NCBI RefSeq assembly: GCF_009914755.1
Contig: NC_060939.1
Length of the DNA stretch: 64,000 nucleotides
Reading direction: 5' to 3' (one strand)
Source: the human T2T-CHM13v2.0 reference genome, Homo sapiens
Every line of letters begins with the position of its first letter. The stretch's first letter is position 1. The notes below the pieces were generated by a model. That model had not been told where the DNA came from. It searched no databases and saw only the letters and a list, made by a program, of their open reading frames with translations. The translations under genes were made by a program, and so were the position numbers. Below are positions 37,281-51,728 of this stretch, piece by piece.

Positions 37281-39399
37281 CCTACCTTGAACCTACACAG
37301 GGTGGAATGTGCCTATGACCTCGGAAGGACTTTAGGGAAGCAAGCCCCACTTTCCCCAGAGAGGATTCCAGTACAAACGGAAAGCTCTTCTGAATGGCAT
37401 ACTCTTTCATAACCAGATTTCTTAAAAGAAAAAAATCATTCTGATTCTAGCCTGAAGTGCAGTAGAATTCAAGAGAATTTAAGAGAAAAGTTTAGAAGGA
37501 AAAAATTTTTGGCAAGAAAAAAGACTCTACTTACTTTTTTCCCTGGGATCCACAAAAGAAGAAGTTGTGGCCTCAGGCTACAGTAGTATGGAGCCAAAAT
37601 GGACTCAAAAAAAAAAAAAAAAAAAAAACCCCAGAATAAATCAGACATGAAAATAACTTTCCTTCCATCCCGTATCTCATTTTCTTATTTGACAAAAAAA
37701 TAGTAAAGAGCAACTACAACAACAAAGAAGAGGTGAAACAAGAATGCAAAAAATGATGGGAAGATGGCAACCTCCAAAATGTAATAAATTAATTTCAGCA
37801 GCTTTAAACCTAAAGCTATTTGTAAAGAATAGCTAGAAAAGAAACCCACTCAAGACAAACTTAGGAATTTCTTCTGAGTTCAAAACAATATCTTAATGAC
37901 CTGAAAAATTACCACGGCTTTACAAAGCACCTCATTCACTCCTTAGGAGTGAATTATACCTTGGGTAATTGAGGTTCGACATTATAGTGAAGTGATGCTA
38001 GGGTGTCACAAGAGGTGAAGGACAATACAAAGTTTAGTAACTATTGTGCACATTCAGAAATTGAGACACAGAATTACTTTCAAGAAAAAAGGAAATGGGA
38101 GGGTCAGGTGTCCAGGTCAGGGCAAAATTCAAGATGGTGGGAGTGGGAGAAACATTCCTCACCATGGCCTTGGGCAGAATCTGCTTATCTCCAGACAAAG
38201 CTCAGCAACAGCTAGGAGCTGAATCTGTAAGGTCCAGCAGTGACTAAATTCCCACACAAATGTTTCCATCTTTCCATCGTGCAAGAAATTCTGAAGCCAA
38301 CATTGCCCAGCTACAGATCATTGGCCTGACCACAGAAGCCAGGGACAGAGCTGCGGTTACATTTATTACATAGGATTGTTCCATCCTGAGCAGAGTACAT
38401 GGCCTGGAGAGTTTTCAGGGCAATTGTGAAATTTCGGTCTTCCAGAGGACCCTTGCCAGGTCTAGGAATATTTTCAGCAGTGGATGTTTACAAAGCAAAA
38501 GCCCCCCCACACACACATTAGCAAATTAAATAATGCATGTTGTATGAAAAACCTTGTGAGGGGCATAGCAATACCCGAGGCTTCTTTCTTATGCACTTGT
38601 GTGCCCAGTACCAGCCAATACATGGAAAGGGCTCAACAAACACTGAACTGAGCAACAGCTTCTAGCCCAGGCATCATGGGCGGGAGGCAGATCCTGACTC
38701 CAATCAGGCCTCCTATGGTAGAATCCCTGGTTCTCTCCCATGGAAGGTGCCCCACCTCAATTGCCTGCAGTCACCCATCTGCTGATGTCCTTACCCAAAA
38801 GAAAATGAAATAATTTCTTCTTGTATGAAATATCAGGAACCCTCAAACCTAGGAGTTAACTAGGAATAGAAAAATCACTTGCTGTAAGAAATAATATTAG
38901 AAATGTAATGGCTGGACCCAGCTTCTCCTTCTAACTAATTTTAAGGATTGTTTTGCTGCTCTAGGAACTTACTGTCATACAGAGGACAACCCCAAGCCTC
39001 CCTAGTCCATCAACCCCTTTTCCTGGATACAGGGGCTGAATCCCTTGATGGATTTGATCACTTACCTCAATTTAATATTCCTCCTCCTAAAACCACAGTA
39101 TCATCCCCAGATTCTTATCACTGGTGTGACTACCTCTTCTGAAGACATGAGAAAAGCTCCAGTTTCAGAAGGTATGCTTGGAGAATGTGCTGCTTCTAGC
39201 TTATCCAATATGGAACCAATTTCTTCACTCATAGCTAAAGCATATCCTTTCCTCACAGCTTATCATAGAGTGGCCAGGTTTAAATGAGTCAATACAAATA
39301 AGACTGCTGGAAAAGTGCCTGGCACAGAGAAAGCATTCAATATATATCAGCTTTTAAAAATGCTGAAGATCAATTTGAATATATATGTATATATAAAGA

Positions 39400-39880
39400 G
39401 ATATAAATAGGATCACACGTAAGGAACTGATTCTACTTTTAGGAAACTACACTAAGAAAATACTAATAGATTCCGATAAATATTTATACATAAAGAACAT
39501 CATCAGAGAATTGTTTGTAATAGGGCAAATAAAACCTTGAAACAGCATACATTTTCAACAATAGTGGAGTAAGTAAATAAATTACGGCACTTTTTCCAAG
39601 TATGTTTTGAAGAATTTTTGATGCTATGAGAAAATGATAATGATAAGTGAAGAAGGATTTAAAACCATTTATGTAACATGATCTCAATTATACACACTGT
39701 AAATAAGAATCTATGGAACAAATATCTCCATAAGAAAACATTATGAAGATATACTCCAAATGTTATTTGTGTTTTTTTCTAAATAATAATATTCTTTATT
39801 TTTTCAGCACTTTTCAAATTATACTGAAATATATTTTCAGCATACATACAATGAGCATCCCTTAATTCTACAAAAAGCAA
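39400..39880 (+). mobile_element. Diverged L1ME4-like 3' fragment
   Basis: AT-rich; ttctacttttaggaa...attgtttgtaatag...aacaatagtggagtaagtaaataaattacggc. Confidence 0.45.
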
Positions 39881-41959
39881 AATAAAATATGAAACAGTTA
39901 AAAGTCTATTGCAACACTATAATTTGAAGGGGAAAAAAAAGGCTAAGGACCTACAGTAGGCCACTGGGCAGACAAAGGAGATCATTCTGAGCCTGAGTCC
40001 TCAGTATTTGGTGACCCAGTAGAGAGGCAAGAGAGGGCATAAGCTCTAAGCTTTCCACCTTGGGCATAGAGATGAATGACGGTGTTATGAACCACAATAG
40101 GAAACGTAGGAAGAAAGGAAGAAGAATGGGTTGGGAGGAAGGAAAATACATTTAGTTTGGCCTTGCTGAGTCTGTAGTGCCCAAAGAGTACCCAGGCAAA
40201 GATGCCCAGTCGAGAGCTGGTGATGTGCAAAGCTAAAACTTGTAGGAAGAAACTGCAGTAAAGGTATGAGGGTGGGCACAGCAGTGAGTCCTTGAAGCCA
40301 CGGGCTTCCCTTAGGATGCCCAAGTGTCCTAAGTGTTCTAGGAATAAGCGACAGACTCTGATCTCATGGAGGCTCAGACCCCTGGGCTTCAGGGCTCTAT
40401 TCCTTCCACCCCTAAACGTGACCTGAAGTGGCCCCTGCCTCCCTCAGTCCTAGAGGCTGCTGCTCAATTACAGTGAAGAATCTCTTATAGACTCACGGTG
40501 ACTTAAACGCTATTTGGTGCTGTGGCTGCTATTTCACTGAAGATTACAGGGCTCTCAGAGTTAACCACATAAAACTTGCTGCTATATATTTGTAACCTCC
40601 TTTTTCAATAACACATAGGGAAACCATCTTGGGTTTCAGGACCAAAAAAGTGTGAGTGCCTGGCCACCAGGAATGCTATAACTGATCCCGCTTCCCTCTT
40701 TGATGTGGCCAAAAAGAAGCTCAGAAAAAAATCTGTGGCCCATCTTCAGCAGCCTTATAAGATCACATAGTGTACATTTTTGGGTGTTAATATTGACATT
40801 CCTATCTTTATTGTTTTACTGCCCTTATTTTCTCTTTGTCCCAAGTTCTTCAACTATGAATTTTTGCCAACTACTTCAAGTTAAAAATGTTCTTCCATGT
40901 CATGCCCACCCAGTGATTCTGTTTGTTTCTACCTCTTGAAGTTACACAAAATAAGTCTAGTCTACCTTCTCCACAACAGCCCTTCAACTCTCATGTCATC
41001 CTCCCAATCTTATTTTTATAGGCACCAGAGCCCCACTTTCTTTAACAATTGCTCGTGGATATGAGCTCTTAAAGAGTCTTTCCTCCATCTAGACTTGACT
41101 GATGCTTTATCTTCTCTCGACCTCTTCCCTAAAGCCCCTACGCAGGGCATTCCTCCGCTGCAACACAGCAACCACTTTTAATAGTTGCTTTTCAAGCTTG
41201 CATCCCCCACCCCACCATGGGGCTGGGGACTCCTGAAAGGAGCCACATGCTGTCTTTGCCTCCAACTAGTACCTAGCCAGGGGGCCTGGGGCATAATACA
41301 TGCTTAATAAGTGTTTGTTGAGGAAGTGAATAAATGAATGAGCACATACCTGTATACAGTATACAGCTTCCTCGCTCATACACATGTTAAAGAGAGCTAA
41401 AGCCTCCGGGAAGGGAGAAAAGAGAGGGCCCTGTTCAGTCCAGTTGTTTGTGGGGCTTTCCATCTGACAACTGTTTTCCATGGTCTCTCCTGAACAGCCT
41501 CGAAGCCTCAGCCACCTGGGCTGGAGCGTATCTCACAGCTAAATCCAGAGTAAATATACACAAGACAGAATTGGTCCTATGAGGACAACTGGGGTGAATT
41601 TCCACAGAAAGAAAGGATTTCACTGATCAGAAATGTAAGATGCTAGATGCTCCAATTGGTACTTATTCTAACAACGCTCTCTTCTCTAGGTTCTAATTAC
41701 ATGTCAGGCATTGTTCTGAGCTCTTTACAAATATCTTATTTAATCCTCCTAACAACCTCATAAGATAGGCACTATTTTTATCCCCATTTTATTTTCATAT
41801 GACCCTCTTAACATTTGAGGCAGCTATCCTAAAATGAAGAAAGGTGTAGTGTTTCAGTCTCTGAATAAAAGAAAATGAGCTACATTAGGTCCAATGTATA
41901 AATGGCTGAAGATTGAGTGCCAGCCTTTGATCCAAGATCTGGATCTGGCAGGACACCTC

Positions 41960-42545
41960 ACCGCTCACTAACATTTATTGAGCACCCACCATTGTGCCCA
42001 GTGCTACCCTCCATGAGTTCGCTGACAGGTGGAGGAAGCACACACCTGGATAAATAAATCACCCCGCTGCAGGGCAAGTGTATTAGGATCAGGGAGGCAG
42101 TACGGTGCTGAGAGCAAGAAGGAGTAATTATCTCTGACTAGATGAGAAGGCTTCCTGGAGGCTGTGAAGTCTCAGTTCCATTTTAATGAATGGAGCAGCA
42201 GAGACAGAGCAGGAGGTGAGGTGCAAAGGTACCGGCATCCAAAAGGGCATTTGGGAACTGTTGGTAGCAGGAGAACGAAAAGAGAGGAGGAGGTGGGGGA
42301 TGAGGGATCATCACTCAGGTGGTGGCCTTGGCTGCAATACCATGAAGCTGAAAGTCACTAACAGGTATAGTCATTTCTGTTTTAGACTCTTTGAGCAGCT
42401 GTGTGCAGGAGGACAGAGAGACCAAGCAGAGAGAGACCAGTTAGGAGGCTGCTGTAATAAACCAAGCAAGACACAGTGTGCACGGGAACTAAGGCACAGG
42501 ATTCTAGGGATATTTAGGAAACCTGAAGCTTTGGACTGATCGAGA
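41960..42545 (-). mobile_element. L2 fragment
   Basis: aacatttattgagcaccc...gaaggcttcctggagg...gagagaccagttaggaggctgctgtaataaaccaagcaagac. Confidence 0.65.
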
Positions 42546-44317
42546 AGCTGGCATAGCAGTGCAAGGTGACACCCCGGCTTCTGACTTAGACAGGAGGGCA
42601 GCCAGTGAAATCAGCAGGCTAGGTTGGAAGCAGGCTTCCAGGAGTGAGGGCAAGCTGAGACTCTCTATAAGCTCAGAAAAGCCAAAGAGAGCGGCAGAAA
42701 TTTTCTTCATTATCTCAGAAAAGTTATTCAAATTCTTGCTCACACCTCCTTTTAATAAAATATGATGCATTTCATTCTGTCTTCATAGTGAAAAATCATT
42801 GCCCTTTGCTGAGAATTAATAACCTTTTGAGTTAATACCCTTTGGGTAGGAAAATTGGTTTCATTAACACCTCCCCTTGCACTTTGTAGGTTCATCATCT
42901 CTTGGTCCTGCTGTCCCCTGAAACCAAAAGCCCAAGACATATTATTTGAGAAGCCTGAATGATTTTATTCTCAGAAAGAATGATCAGGGTCCTTATTAAT
43001 TGGGCTGAATTGAGTTCACTGACCAAAAAGGTCAGAGCGGCCTTGTGTCTGCTCCTCAGCCGCAGGGGAGCCCACCTTCTACCAGAAGGAAGGGATGAGA
43101 GCTTCCTCTCCCAGCTCTTGGCCTGATCCCTAATCTTGGCAGAAAAGATGCGCCCATCTTGACATGCCACGCCATGGAAACGCGCCACCTTGCCAGGCTC
43201 TACCAGGCCTCTTGGCAGAGGTGTCCGTCTCTGGTGCAGCACCACAGACAGGACAGCTGTCGGGCTGCCTGGCAGAGTTGGATGGCCACTCACCCACCCC
43301 TCCAAAGTGGCTCATGGTCATAGTGAGGCTCCCCCAGAAGAGAGGCTGGAAGGCCCTTCGGTCAAACAACAGAAGGTGATATGTTAAAAACAATCTTCCT
43401 CTCCTTTTCCACCTCCCACGGCCTTGGAAAGCCTCCGAATGGACATTCCTCTACTCTTTTCTGTTGCAAACTCTTTAGCAGCAGCCTGGCATCTGGAGCA
43501 TGAAGCCCAGACTCTTCAGCATCCCAGGGCCCTCCATGCTCTGGCCTGCCTGGCCTTGTCTCCTGCCTCTTTATGTATGCAAGGTTGCATGCCTGTGAGC
43601 CTCGACTCATGTTGCTCCCTCAGCCACCCCTGACCCCCGCAACAAAACACACACACACACTCAATCATCCTGCAAGGCCGGGGTCAACATCACATTCCCT
43701 GAAAAGCCCTCCCTGAATGCCACACCCTCCCTCAAGCGGCATCCACTACTCCCTCTGTGATTCCCCCAACCCTGCCCCACACTCACCCCTGTACCTTGTC
43801 CCTGCAAGGCTTACCTGATATAATCTGTCTGCACGTGAGGACAAGTTGAGCCTCAGGAGCTAATACATAGTGTCACCCAGCTAAGATGCTCTATTCACTG
43901 TCTCTCTAGGTAGGGATGTAGGGATGAAATTGGAGACAGCGACACCTGGGTTCAAATCCTGTCTCTATCAGTTTTTGGCAGTGTGATTTGGGGTGAGGTG
44001 CTTATCCACCGAGCCTCCAAAACTGCCTTGCCTATATTCCTTATGACCTAGAGGGTGACTCTAGTGCTTGATTGGCTGGTCACTGGGATAACAGGCTAGA
44101 GGATCTGGTGATCTCAACCTCCTAGGCCACCCTCCATCACTTGGCCATTCCACTGGAAACAGTCTTTGGGGCTCCCCACAGTTGTGGCTCATTCTGATCT
44201 CCAGCATCTCCCAGTAACCTCTTTGGCTTGTGCTTGTAGAAGCAGCCTTTGAGAAGACGGAGGGCTTCAGATGAAGCAGATGCCAGGCTAAGCACCGTCC
44301 CCAATCTTATATTGCAG

Positions 44318-44502
44318 AGCCATTTGGAAGAAGAGCTCAAGCTGTTGAAACAAACAAAACGCTGCATGAGATGAAGACCAGATTCCTGCTCTTTGGAGAA
44401 ACCAATCAGGGCTGTCAGATTCGAATCAATCATCCGGACACGTTACAGGAGTGCGGCTTCAACTCCTCCCTGCCTCTGGTGATGATAATCCACGGGTGGT
44501 CG
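44318..44502 (+). CDS. LIPC: Hepatic lipase exon 2 (185 bp; E30-S91, ...EPFGRRAQAVETNKTLHEMKTRFLLF...PLVMIIHGWS)
   Basis: ttgcag|AGCCA acceptor and TCG|gtagga donor; contains N-glycosylation sequons NKT and NSS and the lipase HGW oxyanion motif; phase 1 to phase 0. Confidence 0.98.
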
Positions 44503-44874
44503 GTAGGAAATGCTGACATGCCGTTTTTCTCTCCGATTTCACATTTTCTTTTTTTCTTTCTAGCGTGTTCATGTTCATAAAAAGATAGGGAGCTGGTGAT
44601 AACAACTCCATGCATAATGTTTATGAAGCACGTTCTAATTTTCCAAGTGCTTCCCCACGCATTAGCTCATTGATTATCTCGATTCCATGAGTAAGCAGCG
44701 TGAGAAAATATAATTATCTCCATGTTTCAGATAGAATGTGGCTCAAAGAGGTCACACAGCCCATTGGGGCCCACAAGGGATTGCAGTCCGTGCAGGAAGA
44801 AGCCTCCTTCCTGAATCTGCATGTTACACACAGGGGGACATAGGAAGCCAGAAGAATGGACTCCCAATGAAATG

Positions 44875-45450
44875 TTGTATCAGCAAGGTTTAAGTTCAGC
44901 AGCAAATAACAGAGACTCAAATTAGCAGTGGTTCAAAGAAAACAGAAATTTGTTTTCATTTCGCAAAATATTCCAAAGATATATGTAACCCAAAAACCGG
45001 CTAGACAGCTTTGGTCAGTGAAGTCCTCCAGGCCCCAGCTCCTTCCAGTTCACTGCTCTGCCATCTTGGGGTGTGACCCTCATCCTCATAGTCCAAGATG
45101 GCAGCTAGAGGACTAGCCATCACATCTTTATTCCAGGAAGCACAATGTAGTAAAAGATGTACACAAAGGAGTCAAAAGCAAGGTTTTTACAAGAGCTTTA
45201 TTGAGATATAATTTACAAAGCGTACAACTTATCCATTTCAAGTTTACACAATTCAATGGCTTTTGGTATAAAAGAGTGTTTTTTAGGTGTCCCAGAGCCT
45301 CTGTGAAATTCTCCCAGTTACATCCATTGACCATATCTAAGTGGAAAGGTGGCTGAGAAGTATAGGCTGTTAAAGAAAATGTAGCCTTTTAGTGATGCTA
45401 AAAATTCTATTACTATGGAAGAAGGAGAGAAAGGATATTATTGGCAATAG
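44875..45450 (-). mobile_element. MLT1J/K-like LTR with a nested short L1 3' fragment (~45190-45270)
   Basis: aaataacagagactcaaattagcagtggtt...ctctgccatctt...tccaagatggcagc...agccatcacatctttattccagg; nested agctttattgagatataatttaca... Confidence 0.6.
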
Positions 45451-46299
45451 ATGAAGTCAAACCATGTGAGAACTTGTCTCCAAGAGGAAATCCTGCCTCC
45501 CCAGTGTCTAGCCCACCCATGATTTCAAGCATAGTTCACAATTTGAACCCTCCAGAGATTTTGGTGTCTACTTCATGACTTAGAAACCTTTCCCTGCCAT
45601 CTAGTTGAAAAGTACTCTTGAAACCCCCATCTATCCTATCCTGGAGAGGAAAATGAACCCTTCCATCACCTGCCTCCCCTCACCTCTCCCTGCCTCCCAC
45701 ATGACGTTCCAGCAACATCTAACTGCTTGTATTAATAGCTTCCTCCACACCCCATGCACCTGCCTTCTCTCTTCTTGGTCTTGGCTTAGTCTGTGCCCTC
45801 TGCCTAGAGTGTTCTTTCTCCTCCTCTTTTCCTGATTAACTCCCACTTTTCCTGTAAGACACAGTCCCAAACAGGTCCTCCTGCAAGCCATTGCTGCCTT
45901 CATCCCAGCACTCCCACAGGGCATTCAGTGTCACCGGGAGTTCCCGTGTGGCCCTGAGCACTCTCCACCACTGCTCTGCAGCTCGGCTTTCTAATTGTCT
46001 GTGTTTCTCTGCTCTGCTAGGCCGTAAGCTTCTCCCTGGGAAGGATTCTGTCCTATTCTCATCTAATAGACTACTGTGGGCCACTATCCATTATGTAATC
46101 AGTGCTCCAAAATGTTTGTTAACTGAATTAAAGATCAAATGAATGAGTCTTGTTTATAAATGCAACATGAGGACCACAGGAGCCTCTTACCAGGATGCTT
46201 TTACCAAAATGCACTCTTCATTATCAAAATTCTGTCCAACCTAGTATATGTCTCCTCCTCCTATTACTGCTAATATTAATAACAACAACAACTGCAGTA

Positions 46300-46505
46300 A
46301 CGAACATTTGTTGAGTCCTTACTATGTTCCAGACACTGCTCTAAGCGCTTTAGATCTATTAACGTATTTCTCCTTCATAACAATCCTGGAAGGAGAGCAT
46401 TATTAACCCCATTTTCCAGGTGAGAAAACTGAAGCACAGAGAAAAATAACTTGCCCAAGGTTACTCAGCTAGAAACTAGGAGAGCCTAGATTTGAACCCA
46501 AGATG
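46300..46505 (-). mobile_element. MIR SINE
   Basis: actatgttccagacactgctctaagcgcttt...ccccattttccaggtgagaaaactgaagcacagag...aacttgcccaaggttactcagcta. Confidence 0.85.
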
Positions 46506-46598
46506 CTCCATGCACATAGAAGGCACTTGGTAAATATCTAGTAAAGGAATGCATCTTACCCTGGAATGGCATGACAGGCCCTCAGGGGAGCTCTCCAG

Positions 46599-46650
46599 CT
46601 TCACCCGCTATTGTCAAGCCTTCACCTCCTATTGTCTAGCCTTCACCTCA
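46599..46650 (+). repeat. 21-bp tandem repeat x ~2.5
   Basis: cttcacccgctattgtcaagc / cttcacctcctattgtctagc / cttcacctca. Confidence 0.8.
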
Positions 46651-46780
46651 CCAACTTTCCTCCTCTCCCCTGACATACCACACTGCCCTTTCATGATTCT
46701 GTGACTCTGCACGCACTGTTCCTTCTGCCTGGGATGCCCTAGACCTCACCACTACCACATTCACCTGCCCACCTGTATTC

Positions 46781-47085
46781 TTTTTGTTTCTTTGTTTTGT
46801 TTTGTTGCGATAGGGTCTCACTCTATCGCCCAGGCTGGAGGGCAGTGTGATCTCAGCTCACTGCAGACTCGACCTCCTAGGCTCAAGCCATCCTCCCACC
46901 TCAGACTCTGGAGTAGCTGGGGCTAGAGGCATGCACCATCACACCTGGCTAACTTTTGTATTTTTTGTGGAGATGGGGTTTCACCATGTTCCCCAGGCTG
47001 GTCTTAAACTCCTAGGCTCAAGCAATCCCCCTGCCTTGGCCTCCCAAAGTGCTAGGAGTACAAGCATGAGCCACCGCGCCCAGCC
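46781..47085 (-). mobile_element. AluJ, full length, in intron 2
   Basis: J diagnostics (ggctcaagccatcctcccacctcag); degenerate TSD cccacc(tg/ca)tattc at 46768-46780 and 47086-47098. Confidence 0.92.
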
Positions 47086-47459
47086 CCCACCCATATTCGT
47101 CTTACTGGACTCCTATTGATCCTTTAAGGCCCAGCACAAGTGTCTTTGCTCTGTAAATCCATTAGGAGTGCCCTGCAAATTGGTTCTCAAACAAGGCACA
47201 CACACAGAACAATTCTCTGTAAACATTTTTTACCTCCTACTATGTCAGGCTCACAGTGCCCATCCCGCTAAGTCCAGCATAACGCAGTCTGCAGGGCAGA
47301 GCCAGTGCTATGGGTTTAGGGGTGAGGTGGGGCAGCTGCACGCAGAAGGAGGCGTACAAATGGCCCTAAGGGACAGGTCAGCTTCCAGGACCTGATTTAC
47401 ACATATTTCTCCACTGTTTTAAGGTTTAGAAAGTCCCTAAGAGGAAAAACATTAAGATA

Positions 47460-47665
47460 ATTGTTCTCGGGAGGGGGCGGGGGGGAACGTTTGGAAAAAT
47501 CTGGAGACATTTTTGGTTTTCAAAACCCGGGGCAGTGGGTGGGTGTTGCTGGCATCTAGTTGGTGAAGGCCAGGAATGCTGCTAAACATCGTACAATGCC
47601 CAAGACAGCCCCCACAACAAGGAATTCTCTGGCCCAAAATGTCAACTGTGCATGGCTGAGAAACG
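47460..47665 (+). mobile_element. MER20, ~105 bp upstream of exon 3
   Basis: tctggagacatttttggtt...ctggcatctagttggtgaaggccaggaatgctgctaaacatcgtacaatgc...ggcccaaaatgtcaactgtgc...ggctgagaaac. Confidence 0.85.
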
Positions 47666-47769
47666 TCATAGCAAGCCCTTCCTCCAGCATTATCCAGGAG
47701 CTGGAGAAGGAAGAAGGGTGAGCGGGGAGAAAGGAAACTAGTGCGACCCTCCCTCTGTCCCCTCCTCAG

Positions 47770-47952
47770 GTGGACGGCGTGCTAGAAAACTGGATCTGGC
47801 AGATGGTGGCCGCGCTGAAGTCTCAGCCGGCCCAGCCAGTGAACGTGGGGCTGGTGGACTGGATCACCCTGGCCCACGACCACTACACCATCGCCGTCCG
47901 CAACACCCGCCTTGTGGGCAAGGAGGTCGCGGCTCTTCTCCGGTGGCTGGAG
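47770..47952 (+). CDS. LIPC: Hepatic lipase exon 3 (183 bp; V92-E152, VDGVLENWIWQMVAALK...VAALLRWLE)
   Basis: cctcctcag|GTG acceptor and GAG|gtaccg donor; VNVGLVDW lipase motif; phase 0-0. Confidence 0.98.
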
Positions 47953-48518
47953 GTACCGACCTGCCCCATCCTTCCTTCACCTCCCTTCCCTCCTTTCCCT
48001 TCCTCTGAGAGTGAATGAATTAAGCTGGTCTCCAACAGCAGCCCAGGCAGGAGAAGCACTAATGCTCAGCTCACAGGAATGAGAAGGCACAGGACTGACA
48101 CCAGACCCCAGGGCTCTCTCAGACGCCTCCCTTGAACCCCTGTTTCACAGAACCACCTTCTCCCCTCTCCTCATCCACTATTCCTCTTATGCTCACCCCC
48201 TTAGACATGCTAAGGGATACAAACACACCCTGTAAGCTATCAAGCCCCCACACAAATGAGTGGGATCACTTCTGTAGGGCATTAGTGTCCAGGGGAAGAC
48301 AGGCAGGCAGGAGGCTGCAGCTACCAGGCGAGGTCACAGGTACCTGAGTCCCAGGAGAGTCAGCCAGTTGAGAGATTAGTTTCAGTTTGGAGTGTGAATA
48401 AGGCACCTCATTTCTGAGCAGGCACGAAGAACAGGGTGGGCGCCACAACACACTGGACCGCAAAAGGCTTTCATCCAGGCAGCTCTTCTCCTGCCCCCAT
48501 CCCGCTGCTGTCTTCCAG

Positions 48519-48636
48519 GAATCTGTGCAACTCTCTCGAAGCCATGTTCACCTAATTGGGTACAGCCTGGGTGCACACGTGTCAGGATTTGCCGGCAGTT
48601 CCATCGGTGGAACGCACAAGATTGGGAGAATCACAG
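48519..48636 (+). CDS. LIPC: Hepatic lipase exon 4 (118 bp; ESVQLSRSHVHLIGYSLGAHVSGFAGSSIGGTHKIGRIT), catalytic Ser
   Basis: tcttccag|GAA acceptor and ACAG|gtaacc donor; G-Y-S-L-G nucleophile elbow with Ser codon AGC at 48564-48566. Not in the ORF track; translated by hand. Confidence 0.98.
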
Positions 48637-49585
48637 GTAACCATGCCTAATAACTCACACACTGATCTCCACTCCATAGGGGCATCCAACAAGGACCTGC
48701 TTTTCCAACAGGCTCATCATTAAAACACCCCAACACTTATTGTGAGGGATCAGCGCTCATGAGAGGACTTGTGACATTCTTTCAAACATGACCAATGTCA
48801 TGGATTGCTGTTCCAGAGAATTCAGAGCAAATTATAGCCTCAATTCCTATTGCCTGCCCTCAAACGAATACCTCATGTTGGTGTGCCAAATGGGACTAAA
48901 AGATGGACTTTTCTAGCAAGAAAGAGTCTTATTTTTTAATCTATAATTTACAAAGTCCAATTTGGGCGAGTTAAGGAGTGAAGAATCACAGCCTTAATTT
49001 GCTGTAATTCATCAGCCACGTTAGTGCCTCCGTTTCCACATTTGTGAAACGTGTATGTTTTAGTCTGGGACCCATTTGGGTTGAGGGAGGGAGCTCTGCA
49101 TCCAAAACTTCACCCCAAACTCCATACACACTCAGAAATGGCCCAAGATATCCAGGAAGGTCTGCACATGTGCGAGGAAGGCCTTCCTCCCAGGCTTCCG
49201 TGACACCAACCCCACCCTTCACACTGCCAGGCATTGGATCCAAAAACACACAGCTGGTGAGATTGTTCCCCAGTCCAAGTCTGAGGCCCACTGATACCAC
49301 AGGTATAAAACCCGGGAGGCACAGGCAAGGCCTTTCTCGGTGTGGAAGCCCCAGAGTGCCCCAGCCTCTCCTCCTGCTGATCCCTTCCCATAGCTCTAGG
49401 CTTCAACGACACAAGGTTTTTCTCTACTTCACAAACACACCATGGCCTCTTGTGCCTCTGGGCCTTTGCATGCACTGTTTGCTTTGCCCACCACTCAGCC
49501 ACTCAAACTCCTCCTCATCCTTCAAGACCCAGCAGGCTCAAACAATATTTCACAGGCCAAAACAAAGAGCATTTTACATGAATAA

Positions 49586-49905
<320 letters not shown>

Positions 49906-50254
49906 ATGAGGACATTTTTACAAACAACTACTATCTGCTATTACCATTCCTTTATAAAAGAATTTCTTTTAACTTGAGAAAGAATGGGGATAATGGCAGA
50001 CGTTTCAACAGAATACACTTGTGATTATGACAGCTCATTTCCTCATGCTTTTTTGTTCATCTTGCTGGTCACTGGGGAAGCCTGGTCACAGACCGGCGTG
50101 TGGCCCCCATGGATTTAACCCACAATAGCCTGGGGATGAGCAGCCCTCCCACTGAAGAAGCAGGGCCAGAGGTCAGAGTCCACACCCAGCGAGGCAGCCT
50201 CAGGCCCAAGGCCCAGAACCCTCTCCATCCAACTGGTGCTGTGGGTCACATTAG

Positions 50255-50728
<474 letters not shown>

Positions 50729-51226
50729 TGATCTCACGGCTCACTCTCAATTCCTTCGCCCCCCAAGTAGGGAAGGAAACCAGGGCTGGGGTGGGACACC
50801 AGAGGGTCCTCCAGAGAAGGCAGAGGAAGAAAGACAGGGAAAAAAAACTTTGAGCGCATAAATACTCCCCAACCACGGTCAGCCAGGAGGTGCCACCTTA
50901 CTTCATGCACAGACATCTGTCACTTGAGGCCCAGAGCTTTGAGCTCCCCTACTTGCACACAACATTTTCACATACAGTGAAATGTCCCGCGGCTGTTCTG
51001 GACGTTCTAATGAAATGACATCTTAGGAGAAAAATCAGCTTGTTTAGGGAAATTATTGACAACATACAGGCAAATAAATTTCATTCTTTGATAGGTAGGT
51101 TGGAACTACTTATAATGAGCATATTGGCTTTTTTTGTATGCAAACAGATGGTCTTGAAAGTAGCTTGAGAGGTACTCAAAACTGATTTGCTCAAGTAAAT
51201 CAAGCATTCCCTCATAACCTTATTCC

Positions 51227-51460
51227 TTTTTTTTTTTCTTTTTGAGACAGGATCTCCCTCTGTTGCCTAGACTGGGTCACAGTGGTGCAGTCATGATTCG
51301 CTGCTACCTCAAACTCCTGGGCTCAAGCAACCCTCCTGCCACAGCCTCCTGAGTGGCTGAAACTACAGGCACAGGCCACCACATCCACATAATTTTTGTA
51401 TTCTTTTTTATTTTAGAGATGGGGTTTCACTATGCTGCCCAGGCCTCCTGGCCTCAGGCA
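51227..51460 (-). mobile_element. 5'-truncated AluJ
   Basis: Right arm plus part of left arm; TSD TCATAACCTT at 51212-51221 and 51461-51470. Confidence 0.88.
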
Positions 51461-51728
51461 TCATAACCTTGTGTCTACCACTGGAGAGTTTCCGCAAACC
51501 TCTTTCCCCGCTAGCTAATGCCCAGCCTGTGTGTCATTGTTAGCACCATGAGCTACTGTGGTTTTACTGAGAAAAGGTTACGGCGAGGTTTTCTAGGGAA
51601 GGATCAGCCCTACGTGTTTCTTCTTCCTGCTAGTTCACTGATGTATAATAATATCCAAAAGCTAAAAAGCACATCTCTCTTCCCCTCTCCTTGCTCCCGC
51701 GTAACCCTTACCCCTGCTTTCCCATTAG

